DNA of 64,000 bases from Candidatus Komeilibacteria bacterium (lineage in GTDB: Bacteria; Patescibacteriota; Patescibacteriia; UBA1558; GWA2-36-10), in assembly GCA_018656065.1 (NCBI GenBank), contig JABHZY010000015.1:5622-69621 (forward strand). The letters are read 5' to 3'. Below, piece by piece: positions 8,720 to 16,754 of this stretch; positions within the stretch are counted from its first letter, which is position 1; every line of letters starts with the position of its first letter. The notes under the pieces are model-generated. The model made no database searches. It was not told the DNA's origin and saw only the letters and a program-made list of their open reading frames with translations. The position numbers and the translations under genes were made by a program.

Positions 8720-8767
8720 TTACTATATCTTGTGTCCAGAATCATTATAGCACACAAGATGTAGGTT
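8720..8767 (-). promoter_or_regulatory. Two NrdR boxes upstream of nrdJ
   Basis: ttaCtAtATcTtGtgt (8720-8735) matches the acaCwAtATaTwGtgt consensus at 13/16. acaCaAgATgTaGgtt (8752-8767) matches at 12/16. Box starts are 32 bp apart, the typical tandem spacing. Confidence 0.6.
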
Positions 8768-8839
8768 TGCCAAATTTTCGTCTTTTATTTTTATTTTTGC
8801 CTCAAAATCACTTTAATTTGAGCCTATACATTATAGTGG

Positions 8840-9118
8840 ATGAAAAAACATTTGTCCAATTATGACATTTTTGGGGCTATTGTCACAAGAAAAACTATCT
8901 GCTATGATGTTGGCATGGCTCAATTTTTCAAAAAATTCAATAAAAAGAAGAAAGGTCCACGTCGTGGACCAAAGTCAAAGGTAAAAGAGGATATTATGGA
9001 TCCTATTCTTTATAATGGAGGTTTGGATAAGGAAAAGTTTCCTCAATTGCCATTAGAAAAGAGAGAAAAGCCGGTGGAAGATATAGAAAATCCACTTAAC
9101 CAACGTAGAAGTTTGTAA
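8840..9118 (+). CDS. Hypothetical small basic protein (true start may be the internal ATG giving MAQFFKKFNKKKKG)
   Basis: 92-aa ORF followed by a strong terminator. No recognisable motif. Confidence 0.35.
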   Translation: MKKHLSNYDIFGAIVTRKTICYDVGMAQFFKKFNKKKKGPRRGPKSKVKEDIMDPILYNGGLDKEKFPQLPLEKREKPVEDIENPLNQRRSL

Positions 9119-9144
9119 AGATACTAGAATATTTATAGACAAAA

Positions 9145-9176
9145 CAAAAACCCCGTACATTAGAACGGGGATTTTT
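9145..9176. terminator. Bidirectional intrinsic terminator
   Basis: CCCCGT (9151-9156) / ACGGGG (9165-9170), flanked by an A-run and a T-run. Lies between convergent ORFs. Confidence 0.7.
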
Positions 9177-9179
9177 ATT

Positions 9180-9314
9180 TTAGCTGCAAAGACAATCTTT
9201 AGCTTGTAACCACCAAGTGGCTAATACTACATAAGTAGTTAATAGGAAGCCTATTAGCAAGTAGAGTATTATCCAAGAGAAGGTAAGCTTAGAATCTTTT
9301 TCTTTTTTTGCCAT
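9180..9314 (-). CDS. Unlisted 44-aa small membrane protein downstream of the MBL gene
   Basis: My translation is MAKKEKDSKLTFSWIILYLLIGFLLTTYVVLATWWLQAKDCLCS: a charged N-terminus and one TM helix. Starts 31 nt after the MBL stop and ends at the terminator. Below the ORF-track size cutoff. Confidence 0.35.
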   Translation of the reverse strand: MAKKEKDSKLTFSWIILYLLIGFLLTTYVVLATWWLQAKDCLCS

Positions 9315-9345
9315 AATTTTTTATTTAAGCTTAGTTATTAAATTT

Positions 9346-10701
9346 TTATTTTAATGTTAAAGGATTGTTAAATTTTAATACTTTCGTTTCAAAATTTAAC
9401 TGTTCTGCTATTATTATAGCAAATTTTTCCAAAACCTGCTTGTCACCATGATTTAGCAGTATTTGTTTGGGTTGTTTGAAGCCTCCTAACCATTGTAATA
9501 GGGCAGATTGATCGGCGTGAGCTGAGAAGCCATCTATTTGATCAGCCACTGCTCTTACTTCTATTTTTCGTCCATAATAATCAAAATCAAAAGCACCATT
9601 TAATATTTTATGGCCCAAGGTACCTGGTACTTGGAAACCCATGAATAAAATATTATTATTTCTATCACCAATATATTGGGAGAGGTGATGTATCATTCGT
9701 CCGCCTTCCATCATTCCAGAGCCAGCCATAATAATTTTAGGAGGCGGTACGGTATTTATTTCTTTAGATTGTCGGATGTGGTTAGTAATTTTTAAATGAG
9801 GAAAGTCAAAAATATCTCGATCTCGTTTCATAACATCTTGGGCGTCTTCATTTAGATAATCAAGGTGTTTTTTATAGACTCGAGTAGCTTCGGCGGCCAT
9901 AGGGCTATCTAGAAAGACTGGCACTGCAAAATCTAAATGAGATTCATAATAGTCATTCAAGACCTTAAGAATGTCTTGGGTTCTTTCTAAAGCAAAAATT
10001 GTAATTAATAACGTGGAACGATTAAGGGTGGCTCGTTGAACAGCTTTAATTAATTCTTTATCACGAGTTTTAGTATCATGATGAGCGCGGTCACCATAGG
10101 TGCCTTCACAAATTACATAGTCAGCCTGTTTAATGATATCTATGTCTTTGACTAGCGGCATATCTTCTCCACCAATGTCTCCGGAAAATACTATAGTCTT
10201 ATTGCCAGCTTTAATTTCCACTATAGATGAACCGAGAATATGGCCAGCGTTGTGAAGTTTGAAACTAATATCAGGATTTAAATCTTGCTTCTCATAATAA
10301 TTTAAAGGCACAAAACTTTTCATAGCCCTATTTAAATCTTTTTGCCCAAACATTTTTGGCATTTTTTTACGAAAAGCTTTTTCATCCATTATAAAATAAC
10401 TATCCTCCAAGACTATTTTAGCTAAATCAATAGTAGCTCCAGTAGCATAGATGGGTCCGTTGTATCCTTTGGAGTAGAGCTTTGGTAAACGACCACAATG
10501 ATCTAAATGAGCGTGAGTCAGAATGACAGCGTCTACATTTTGTGGATCAAACAAAAAACTATCCCAGTTTTTGACATAGTTATCCCAATTACCTTGCCAC
10601 ATTCCACAATCAACTAAAATACGATAACCATCTATATTTAGCAGATGACATGAGCCAGTCACTTCTTCGGTAGCACCGTATGATGTTAGTTTTATTTCCA
10701 T
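9346..10701 (-). CDS. MBL-fold beta-CASP family hydrolase (RNA-metabolising, RNase J/CPSF-like)
   Basis: 451-aa ORF with HAHLDHCG motif 2, and beta-CASP-like middle and C-terminal HAD/H motifs (FSAHADQ, LNHGD). Confidence 0.8.
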   Translation of the reverse strand: MEIKLTSYGATEEVTGSCHLLNIDGYRILVDCGMWQGNWDNYVKNWDSFLFDPQNVDAVILTHAHLDHCGRLPKLYSKGYNGPIYATGATIDLAKIVLEDSYFIMDEKAFRKKMPKMFGQKDLNRAMKSFVPLNYYEKQDLNPDISFKLHNAGHILGSSIVEIKAGNKTIVFSGDIGGEDMPLVKDIDIIKQADYVICEGTYGDRAHHDTKTRDKELIKAVQRATLNRSTLLITIFALERTQDILKVLNDYYESHLDFAVPVFLDSPMAAEATRVYKKHLDYLNEDAQDVMKRDRDIFDFPHLKITNHIRQSKEINTVPPPKIIMAGSGMMEGGRMIHHLSQYIGDRNNNILFMGFQVPGTLGHKILNGAFDFDYYGRKIEVRAVADQIDGFSAHADQSALLQWLGGFKQPKQILLNHGDKQVLEKFAIIIAEQLNFETKVLKFNNPLTLK

Positions 10702-10796
10702 CCTCCTAAGATTTTTTTATTTTAGTTTTAACTAAGAAAAGTATAACATTTTTTCCTTTTTTATGCTAAGCTGAAGGTAGTTTTTAAATTAAAATT

Positions 10797-12581
10797 ATGA
10801 AATCTTTTTTATTATTTTTAGCTTTTAGTATTGGTCTACTGTGGGCGCCATCAGCTTTGGCTAATTACGGAGAGACAATAGATAGATATCAAGTCGATAT
10901 AGAAATTTTATCAGACTCTAGTATTAAGGTAACTGAGATTATTGATTATAATTATGGTGCTAATAGCAAGCATGGTATTTATCGTGATATCCCTATGCCA
11001 ACTAGGCATATTTCTGAAAATCCTTTTGAAATAAAATATGTTAAAGTTAAAAATGAAGTAGGTAAAGTATATAGAAAAGAAACTTCTCGACAGTTAAACA
11101 ATTTTAGAATAAAAATTGGCGATCCTAATAAGTATGTTAGCGGGATCAAAACTTATATTATCTCTTATACAGTCCATGGTGCATTTTCTTTTTCTGAAAA
11201 TATCGATGGATTTTTTTGGAATGCCCTTGGTAGTGAATGGGAGGTAGACAGCATAGAAAATATTATAATTAATACTTATTTACCAGAATCTATAGATAAG
11301 GATCAAGTTAGGTCGGCTTGTTATTTTGGATTTCGTGGGAGTAATAAAGAATGTCAGGGGCCATACTACGGAGTATTAGGAGAAGATAGGATTGGAAATA
11401 TAGAGCAAGTCATTTTTCGAGTGCCTAAATTATTTTATACTCAAGGAGCCACTGTAAATTTATATTTTCAAAAAGGTATAATAAGTGAACCACCATTACC
11501 AAATCTTCAGCTAGCGTATTTTAAATTATATGGACCATTGATCTTGCCGATCCTTAGTTTCTTACTGATGCTTTATTTTTGGTATCATCATGGTCGTGAT
11601 CCTAAGGGTCGAGGTAATATTATAGTTCAATATGATTCACCTAAAGATATGATGCCAGCAGAAGTAGGTTCTCTATATGATGAGAGGGTGCATAGTAAAG
11701 ATATTTCAGCTGAAATTATACATTTAGCTATTTTAGGATATATAAAGATTACTCGGATTAAGAAAAAACACGCATTTTCTAAAGATGATTATGTTTTAGA
11801 AAAATTAAAAGAACCAGCTGATCTGCCTAGGCATTATCAGATTAAGTTAATGAATAAATTATTTGGCAGCCCATTAAGTTCTTTTGATCTTAAAGAAATG
11901 AATTTTACTTTGTCTACTGGAGCCAAACAGGTTATTTTACTTTCAGATTTGAAGACAAAGTCTCGTAAATGGATGAAAGAAATTGAATCTGACATATATA
12001 AATTAATGGTTAAGAAAAAATATTTTCATAAAAATCCGCATAAAACCAGACAAGTTTATATGATAGCAGCTGTTGCTTTAATTTTTAGTGTTAAATTATT
12101 TGGAGCTTTTGCTGAAAATGTTGTACAAGGTGACGATTTAGGAATTGTTATTTGGATGATAGCCTTGTTTACATCTTTATTGATTGTAATTATTTTTGGT
12201 ATGGTGATGCCAAAGAAGACTATCAAGGGGGTTTTTGCTAAAGAACATATTTTAGGTCTTAAGGAATATATTAGAGTTGCGGAAAAACATCGTATTAAAT
12301 TTCATAATACTCCTTATAAAGATCCTAAGAATTTTGAAAAATTATTACCTTATGCTATGGCCTTTGGCTTAGAGAAAGAGTGGGCTAAGCAATTTGAAGG
12401 AATCTATAACGAAGAGCCTAATTGGTATGTAGGTAGTGGCGGGGGTCATTTTAGCGCTAGTAGTTTTGGCTCTAGTTTAAATGGTTTTAGATCTTCTGCT
12501 TCTCGTGTAGCTAGCACTAGTTCCTCTGGCGGAGGTAGTTCTGGCGGCGGAGGCGGCGGAGGCGGCGGTGGAAGCTGGTAA
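10797..12581 (+). CDS. DUF2207-like membrane protein with Gly-rich C-terminal tail
   Basis: 594-aa ORF. Signal peptide, large extracytoplasmic N-domain, several TM helices, and C-terminal SSGGGSSGGGGGGGGGGSW, which is typical of DUF2207 proteins. Confidence 0.65.
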   Translation: MKSFLLFLAFSIGLLWAPSALANYGETIDRYQVDIEILSDSSIKVTEIIDYNYGANSKHGIYRDIPMPTRHISENPFEIKYVKVKNEVGKVYRKETSRQLNNFRIKIGDPNKYVSGIKTYIISYTVHGAFSFSENIDGFFWNALGSEWEVDSIENIIINTYLPESIDKDQVRSACYFGFRGSNKECQGPYYGVLGEDRIGNIEQVIFRVPKLFYTQGATVNLYFQKGIISEPPLPNLQLAYFKLYGPLILPILSFLLMLYFWYHHGRDPKGRGNIIVQYDSPKDMMPAEVGSLYDERVHSKDISAEIIHLAILGYIKITRIKKKHAFSKDDYVLEKLKEPADLPRHYQIKLMNKLFGSPLSSFDLKEMNFTLSTGAKQVILLSDLKTKSRKWMKEIESDIYKLMVKKKYFHKNPHKTRQVYMIAAVALIFSVKLFGAFAENVVQGDDLGIVIWMIALFTSLLIVIIFGMVMPKKTIKGVFAKEHILGLKEYIRVAEKHRIKFHNTPYKDPKNFEKLLPYAMAFGLEKEWAKQFEGIYNEEPNWYVGSGGGHFSASSFGSSLNGFRSSASRVASTSSSGGGSSGGGGGGGGGGSW

Positions 12582-12593
12582 GTTTTGAATATT

Positions 12594-12634
12594 AAAAAAC
12601 TCGTCCATTCGACTTTGCTCAGGACGAGTTTTTA
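12594..12634. terminator. Bidirectional terminator with conserved 15-nt loop ATTCGACTTTGCTCA
   Basis: Stem ACTCGTCC (12599-12606) / GGACGAGT (12622-12629), with an A-run before and a T-run after. The loop is shared with the terminators at 31852-31878 and 39984-40010. Confidence 0.7.
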
Positions 12635-12639
12635 GATTT

Positions 12640-13485
12640 TTATTTATATAAGCCCATAATTAATTTGTTAACTGATTCAAAGTCACCATCATTTTCTATT
12701 ATAATATCAAAGTTTTCTAAAAACTGTTTTTTTATTTTAGTATCGTCATAATTTAAAAAGCCAATTTTTATTAAATTATCATAATCAAAGCCAGTAATCA
12801 TATCTATATCAGCTAGATTATCGCCAAGTAAAATTACATTTTTTCTATTAACTATCTCTTTATATATTTTAGGAAAATTTTTAACTATAGTCTCGTCTTT
12901 ATTAAGGGAATGAATTATTGGCTCTTTGATAGAGATAGCATTGCCTTTGTCATCCCAATTGAGAGAATTAGTTATATAGTGGATATTTGCATAATCTTGT
13001 TTTGCATTTTGGAAATATAACGGGACAGCTTCGCCGACACCGCTAGCTGATAGTATTAGCAGAGGAATATTTTGAGTATGTAGATAGTCCACAAACTTAT
13101 TTACTCCTTGGCGGAATTTTATATTACGATCTTTTATGATCTCAACTATATCATTTTTATTTAAACCTGATTCGATTAATAATTGTTTGTGAGTTCTCCA
13201 CCAAGTATCCATGGCTAGCTTTTTATCGGCTAGTTTTATATTAGGGTCAATTTCAATTGGATGATATTTATCAAATAAGGTGTGGGCTTGCTTAGCATAA
13301 TCTGATGTAAGATATTGTCCGTTTCTTAATACAGCTATAATAGAGGGGATTTTTTGGCCATCTACAGAACTATAAGTTAGGGTACGGTCAAAATCAGCTA
13401 AAATATGTAGCTTATCTTTACCTGCTTGTTTGATATTAGATATTGTTTGATCTAATTTTTTTTGATTGGGGATTATTACTGACAT
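12640..13485 (-). CDS. HAD-superfamily hydrolase, pyrimidine 5'-nucleotidase (UMPH-1)-like
   Basis: 281-aa ORF. DFDRTLT (HAD motif I), LILSASG (motif II) and LLGDNLADIDM (motif IV-like). Confidence 0.5.
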   Translation of the reverse strand: MSVIIPNQKKLDQTISNIKQAGKDKLHILADFDRTLTYSSVDGQKIPSIIAVLRNGQYLTSDYAKQAHTLFDKYHPIEIDPNIKLADKKLAMDTWWRTHKQLLIESGLNKNDIVEIIKDRNIKFRQGVNKFVDYLHTQNIPLLILSASGVGEAVPLYFQNAKQDYANIHYITNSLNWDDKGNAISIKEPIIHSLNKDETIVKNFPKIYKEIVNRKNVILLGDNLADIDMITGFDYDNLIKIGFLNYDDTKIKKQFLENFDIIIENDGDFESVNKLIMGLYK

Positions 13486-13495
13486 ATTTTAAATT

Positions 13496-14233
13496 TTATT
13501 TAATCTCTTTGGCAGCGCGCCAAGCTAATAAAAAGAAATTTTTAAATGTTTTAGCTAAATCTTCTGATTCAATCAAAACTCCAAACAAATTATCCAGAGA
13601 AACTATAAAAATTTTATTTTCTGTGATAACTCCATCAGCAAAAACTGGTAAATCTTTAGGCATGGCCTTAATTGGTCTACTAGCTGAGTTATATTCCCTA
13701 GCATATTCAAGACTGTCTTGGTCAGAGGATACAATTTCTTTATAGTCTTTATATTTTTTTGTTTTAATAAATTTTTCAGTTAGATGTTCAAGCATTTCTG
13801 GCCAAACTTTCATTAGTTTTGGTATATCAGTGCCAAAGAAGAATATTTCTTTAGAGGGGAAGAGTGATTTTGTGTAAGCGTGCCATAATTCTTCTTTTCC
13901 TTCGTAGAATTTTATCTTAGGTTTAGAGCCCTTATTAAACTTAGCTTCAAAATAAGGTAATAGATCTTGAAAGTTAGCTATCTTTTCTTTGAATTTATTT
14001 AATACTATTTTAGGATCTTCAGCTGAGTAGAGGGTAGTGCTTTGTTTTTCTATTTTAGTAACTAGGCCCTGATTTTGGAGGCTATCTAAAGTTAAATAAC
14101 AGCTAGGGCGTTTAACCTCAGCCTTTTTGGCGATGTTTTGAACAGTATCAGTGCCCAATTCTAGGATGGCCATATAGGTTTTGGCTTCTATATTTGTCAG
14201 TCCTAGGTCATTTAGTATGCGTTGTTCTATCAT
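13496..14233 (-). CDS. TrmB-family transcriptional regulator
   Basis: The N-terminal wHTH LGLTNIEAKTYMAILELGTDTVQNIAKKAEVKRPSCYLTLDSLQNQGLV is TrmB-like. Confidence 0.7.
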   Translation of the reverse strand: MIEQRILNDLGLTNIEAKTYMAILELGTDTVQNIAKKAEVKRPSCYLTLDSLQNQGLVTKIEKQSTTLYSAEDPKIVLNKFKEKIANFQDLLPYFEAKFNKGSKPKIKFYEGKEELWHAYTKSLFPSKEIFFFGTDIPKLMKVWPEMLEHLTEKFIKTKKYKDYKEIVSSDQDSLEYAREYNSASRPIKAMPKDLPVFADGVITENKIFIVSLDNLFGVLIESEDLAKTFKNFFLLAWRAAKEIK

Positions 14234-14239
14234 GTTTTA

Positions 14240-14268
14240 ATAGTAGCATAGATAGCTAAATCTGTCAA
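14240..14268 (-). promoter_or_regulatory. Sigma-70-type promoter of the TrmB gene, leaderless geometry
   Basis: The minus strand reads TTGACA (14263-14268)-N17-TACTAT (14240-14245)-N6-ATG (14231-14233). Confidence 0.5.
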
Positions 14269-14349
14269 TATTTCTGACAACATGATATATTTTTAGCCCA
14301 TTTTTACTATATTTCTTAAATAATACTTAAAAATAGCTTGTCATTACTA

Positions 14350-14378
14350 TTGACAGAAATAGACAAACATGGTATGAT
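14350..14378 (+). promoter_or_regulatory. Consensus-like sigma-70 promoter in AT-rich host DNA just upstream of the GC-rich insert
   Basis: TTGACA (14350-14355)-N17-TATGAT (14373-14378). Confidence 0.55.
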
Positions 14379-14422
14379 GTTTTATTAATCAAAAAGGCAC
14401 AGATCATTAAAATAAATTACTT

Positions 14423-14439
14423 CAACTGAGTTCTTGAAT
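14423..14439 (+). repeat. Left imperfect direct repeat flanking the GC-rich insert
   Basis: CAACTGAGTTCTTGAAT versus CAACTAAGTTCTTAATT at 15255-15271. 14 of 17 positions are identical. Confidence 0.5.
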
Positions 14440-14481
14440 GGTTCGAGAATTCTGAGAGGTTCTTTTACAAGGAGAGACATC

Positions 14482-15201
14482 ATGCAGAAGTTTAACACTG
14501 TTGCTCAGGTTTTGGCCGCTTACCCCGAAAACGTTGTGATGATTGAGCGTCATGGTTCCTATCTGATGAATCCTGAGGGAGCAAACAACCCTGAGGACGG
14601 ACTGGAGCTGGCGGCTCAGAATTATGCTCGGGTTTATCCGGATCATCACAACCCTTTGGACCAGAACGGTCGTAGCACCTCGGTTCGTCAGGGTCATCAG
14701 TTGGCCGAGACGGGCGTGGAGATCGATCAGATTCTGGTTTCACGGCAGGGTCGTGGTCCGGAGACTGGTCTGTATATGGGTCTGGGTTTTCTCAACGGTC
14801 GTGGCACCATGCCTTCGATCAATCACTGCCTCGGCGCTGATTATCCGGTCTATTCCAGTGCCAAGCTGGTCAAGGACATGCTCGCTGAGCACGACGACTG
14901 GATTACGGTTCGCTGGCTCAACGGGCTGATCCCAGGTTTCTGCACTGAGACTCCCGAGGAGTTCATGGCTCGGGTGGAGCAAATGGTGGCGGATATCTTC
15001 GCCAACGGTCAGGGCCTGACTCTGGTGGCTTCACACTTCGAGATCATCACCTATGCCCAGATTCACTGGGTAGCCAAGGAACAGCCTGGCGAAATCTCAG
15101 ATGATTTCGTTCCCGCCAAGAGTGGTGGCGTCATCCTTTTCCAGGAAGACGGAGAGATTCGTGGCTTGTGCTACGATCCTGACCTGAACATCATGGAGTA
15201 A
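14482..15201 (+). CDS. Histidine phosphatase superfamily (phosphoglycerate-mutase-like) protein, foreign GC-rich gene
   Basis: RHGSYLMN (RHG motif) and LVASHFE (second catalytic His). Start set at MQKFNTV, which is preceded by AAGGAGAG 6-8 nt upstream. About 60% GC on the counted lines versus about 28% in the flanks. Confidence 0.75.
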   Translation: MQKFNTVAQVLAAYPENVVMIERHGSYLMNPEGANNPEDGLELAAQNYARVYPDHHNPLDQNGRSTSVRQGHQLAETGVEIDQILVSRQGRGPETGLYMGLGFLNGRGTMPSINHCLGADYPVYSSAKLVKDMLAEHDDWITVRWLNGLIPGFCTETPEEFMARVEQMVADIFANGQGLTLVASHFEIITYAQIHWVAKEQPGEISDDFVPAKSGGVILFQEDGEIRGLCYDPDLNIME

Positions 15202-15223
15202 GGCTCCAAGAGCCAGACTTCAA

Positions 15224-15251
15224 GCCCGGACTACCTTTTGGTAGTTCGGGC
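15224..15251 (+). terminator. 12-bp GC-rich stem-loop at the 3' end of the foreign gene (no U-tract)
   Basis: GCCCGGACTACC-TTTT-GGTAGTTCGGGC. Confidence 0.45.
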
Positions 15252-15254
15252 ACT

Positions 15255-15271
15255 CAACTAAGTTCTTAATT
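15255..15271 (+). repeat. Right imperfect direct repeat flanking the GC-rich insert
   Basis: See 14423-14439. Confidence 0.5.
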
Positions 15272-15310
15272 AAATATTGAGGCCTTTGAGAGTAAATTAA
15301 GTAAAATCAT

Positions 15311-16711
15311 ATGACTAAGAAAATTATATTAAAAGGAATGCCAGTTAGTAAGGGTATTGCTCAAGGAAGAGTTAAGTTAGTAACTGGAGTTAAAGATTCT
15401 CAAAATTTTAATGAAGGTGATATTTTAGTTACTAAAATTACTGATCCAACTATGGTAATGATGATGTCCAAAGCAGCGGCTATTATTTGTGATGTTGGAG
15501 GTATGACTTCACATCCATCTATTGTCAGTCGTGAAATGGGTACGCCTTGTATAGTTAATACTAAAGAAGGCACTACTAAACTCAAGGATGGTATGCAAGT
15601 TATAGTCGACGGCACTAAAGGTGAAGTTTATCAAGTATTTAGTCAGTCTTTTAATCCGGCATTTGATATTGATAAATATTTAGATACAGTGACTGATGCT
15701 TGCTCATCAATGGATTATGCTACTTTTGATGATACAATATCTTGGTTTTCTTATGATCCATTAATAGCCAAGTCTTGGACTCAAAGAATTTTAAAGTTGA
15801 TTGATGATTGTCAAAAATCAAAGTTAAGCTTTGAAGAAATAGGTCTATTTTTTCCTTCTATTAGTCAATTACGTAATATGATGTTGTTCGATTTATGGAT
15901 GGCTAATTATACAGAGATCAGCGGAGCAGCCAGGAAAAAAATATTTAATTTTTATACTAATATTTTAGAGGCAGCGTGTATAGAAGATCCGCATGCTAGT
16001 AAGTTTAAGAATGTTATTCATAGTCAGGAACAAATTAGCTCACTTGTTTCTGATATGCAAACTGCTGATGAAAAAATTGCTAAAACTCTCGGTAAAATTG
16101 CTAATATTTGTTATCATTTTGGTCATGCTGCTTATTCCGATATGAATCCATCTACTTGTTATGAAAATTATGGTTCTTATGATGTTAGTGGTATTTATGG
16201 CTCAGGTCACATAATGGTAGTTAAAGAGTTTAATCATTTACGTTGTCCTGAGCTTTGGCCAGAAACCAAAGATATTAATTTTAATCGTATACATATAGTG
16301 GCTGTCTACGAAAATGTTAAAGTTAAAGTGGATAATATTTCTCATGTTACTTATCAAGGAGAGCTTATTAAAAACTTGAAATATTATCGTCTCTTAGTTA
16401 ATGGTCAAGATTATCCTATAGAAAAAATAGATCAGATTTTGGAAATTGTTGGTCAGCAGGCAATTAGTTTATTTGAAAAATTTCAAAAATTAGATTTTGA
16501 AGATAGAAAAATGAAATATTATCATATGAAGGCTTATGTTTATAAGTGGTTGTATGATAGATTGGGCCAAGCATGGCAACCTTCTCAGGAAATATTAAAT
16601 GAAGCTAAAAATCAAAAATTATTTAAGATAGAGTGGCCAAAAGATAGACAAGGTAGATGGCAATTAACTAGAAATATTACAGATCCTAGAATAGTTGTTA
16701 GAGAGAAGTAA
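15311..16711 (+). CDS. PEP-utilising-enzyme mobile-domain protein (swivel domain N-terminal, unrecognised 350-aa C-terminal region)
   Basis: GDILVTKITDPTMVMMMSKAAAIICDVGGMTSHPSIVSREMGTPCIV in the first 100 residues. Confidence 0.6.
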   Translation: MTKKIILKGMPVSKGIAQGRVKLVTGVKDSQNFNEGDILVTKITDPTMVMMMSKAAAIICDVGGMTSHPSIVSREMGTPCIVNTKEGTTKLKDGMQVIVDGTKGEVYQVFSQSFNPAFDIDKYLDTVTDACSSMDYATFDDTISWFSYDPLIAKSWTQRILKLIDDCQKSKLSFEEIGLFFPSISQLRNMMLFDLWMANYTEISGAARKKIFNFYTNILEAACIEDPHASKFKNVIHSQEQISSLVSDMQTADEKIAKTLGKIANICYHFGHAAYSDMNPSTCYENYGSYDVSGIYGSGHIMVVKEFNHLRCPELWPETKDINFNRIHIVAVYENVKVKVDNISHVTYQGELIKNLKYYRLLVNGQDYPIEKIDQILEIVGQQAISLFEKFQKLDFEDRKMKYYHMKAYVYKWLYDRLGQAWQPSQEILNEAKNQKLFKIEWPKDRQGRWQLTRNITDPRIVVREK

Positions 16712-16712
16712 T

Positions 16713-16745
16713 AAAAAAATACCCCGCTAGGCGGGGTATTTTTGA
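16713..16745. terminator. Bidirectional intrinsic terminator
   Basis: ATACCCCGC-TAG-GCGGGGTAT, flanked by an A-run and a T-run, between convergent genes. Confidence 0.75.
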
Positions 16746-16754
16746 TGTAAATTT

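Noticed and set aside
12543-12570. GGC/GGA run encoding poly-Gly at the DUF2207 C-terminus, considered as a phase-variation tract
   Set aside because: Trinucleotide units keep the frame, and the Gly-rich tail is a normal feature of this family.
14262-14366. Shared CAGAAATA/TGACA words in the divergent trmB and 14350 promoters, considered as a TrmB operator
   Set aside because: The similarity is largely explained by both containing TTGACA -35 boxes. The remaining match is too short to support an operator call.
14422-14982. Four overlapping ORFs (14422-14697 minus, 14492-14743 minus, 14624-14929 plus, 14740-14982 minus) inside the GC-rich block
   Set aside because: High GC removes stop codons in all frames. 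Their translations are Arg/Pro/Ser-rich junk. Only the 14482-15201 frame has recognisable histidine-phosphatase motifs, an SD and a terminator.
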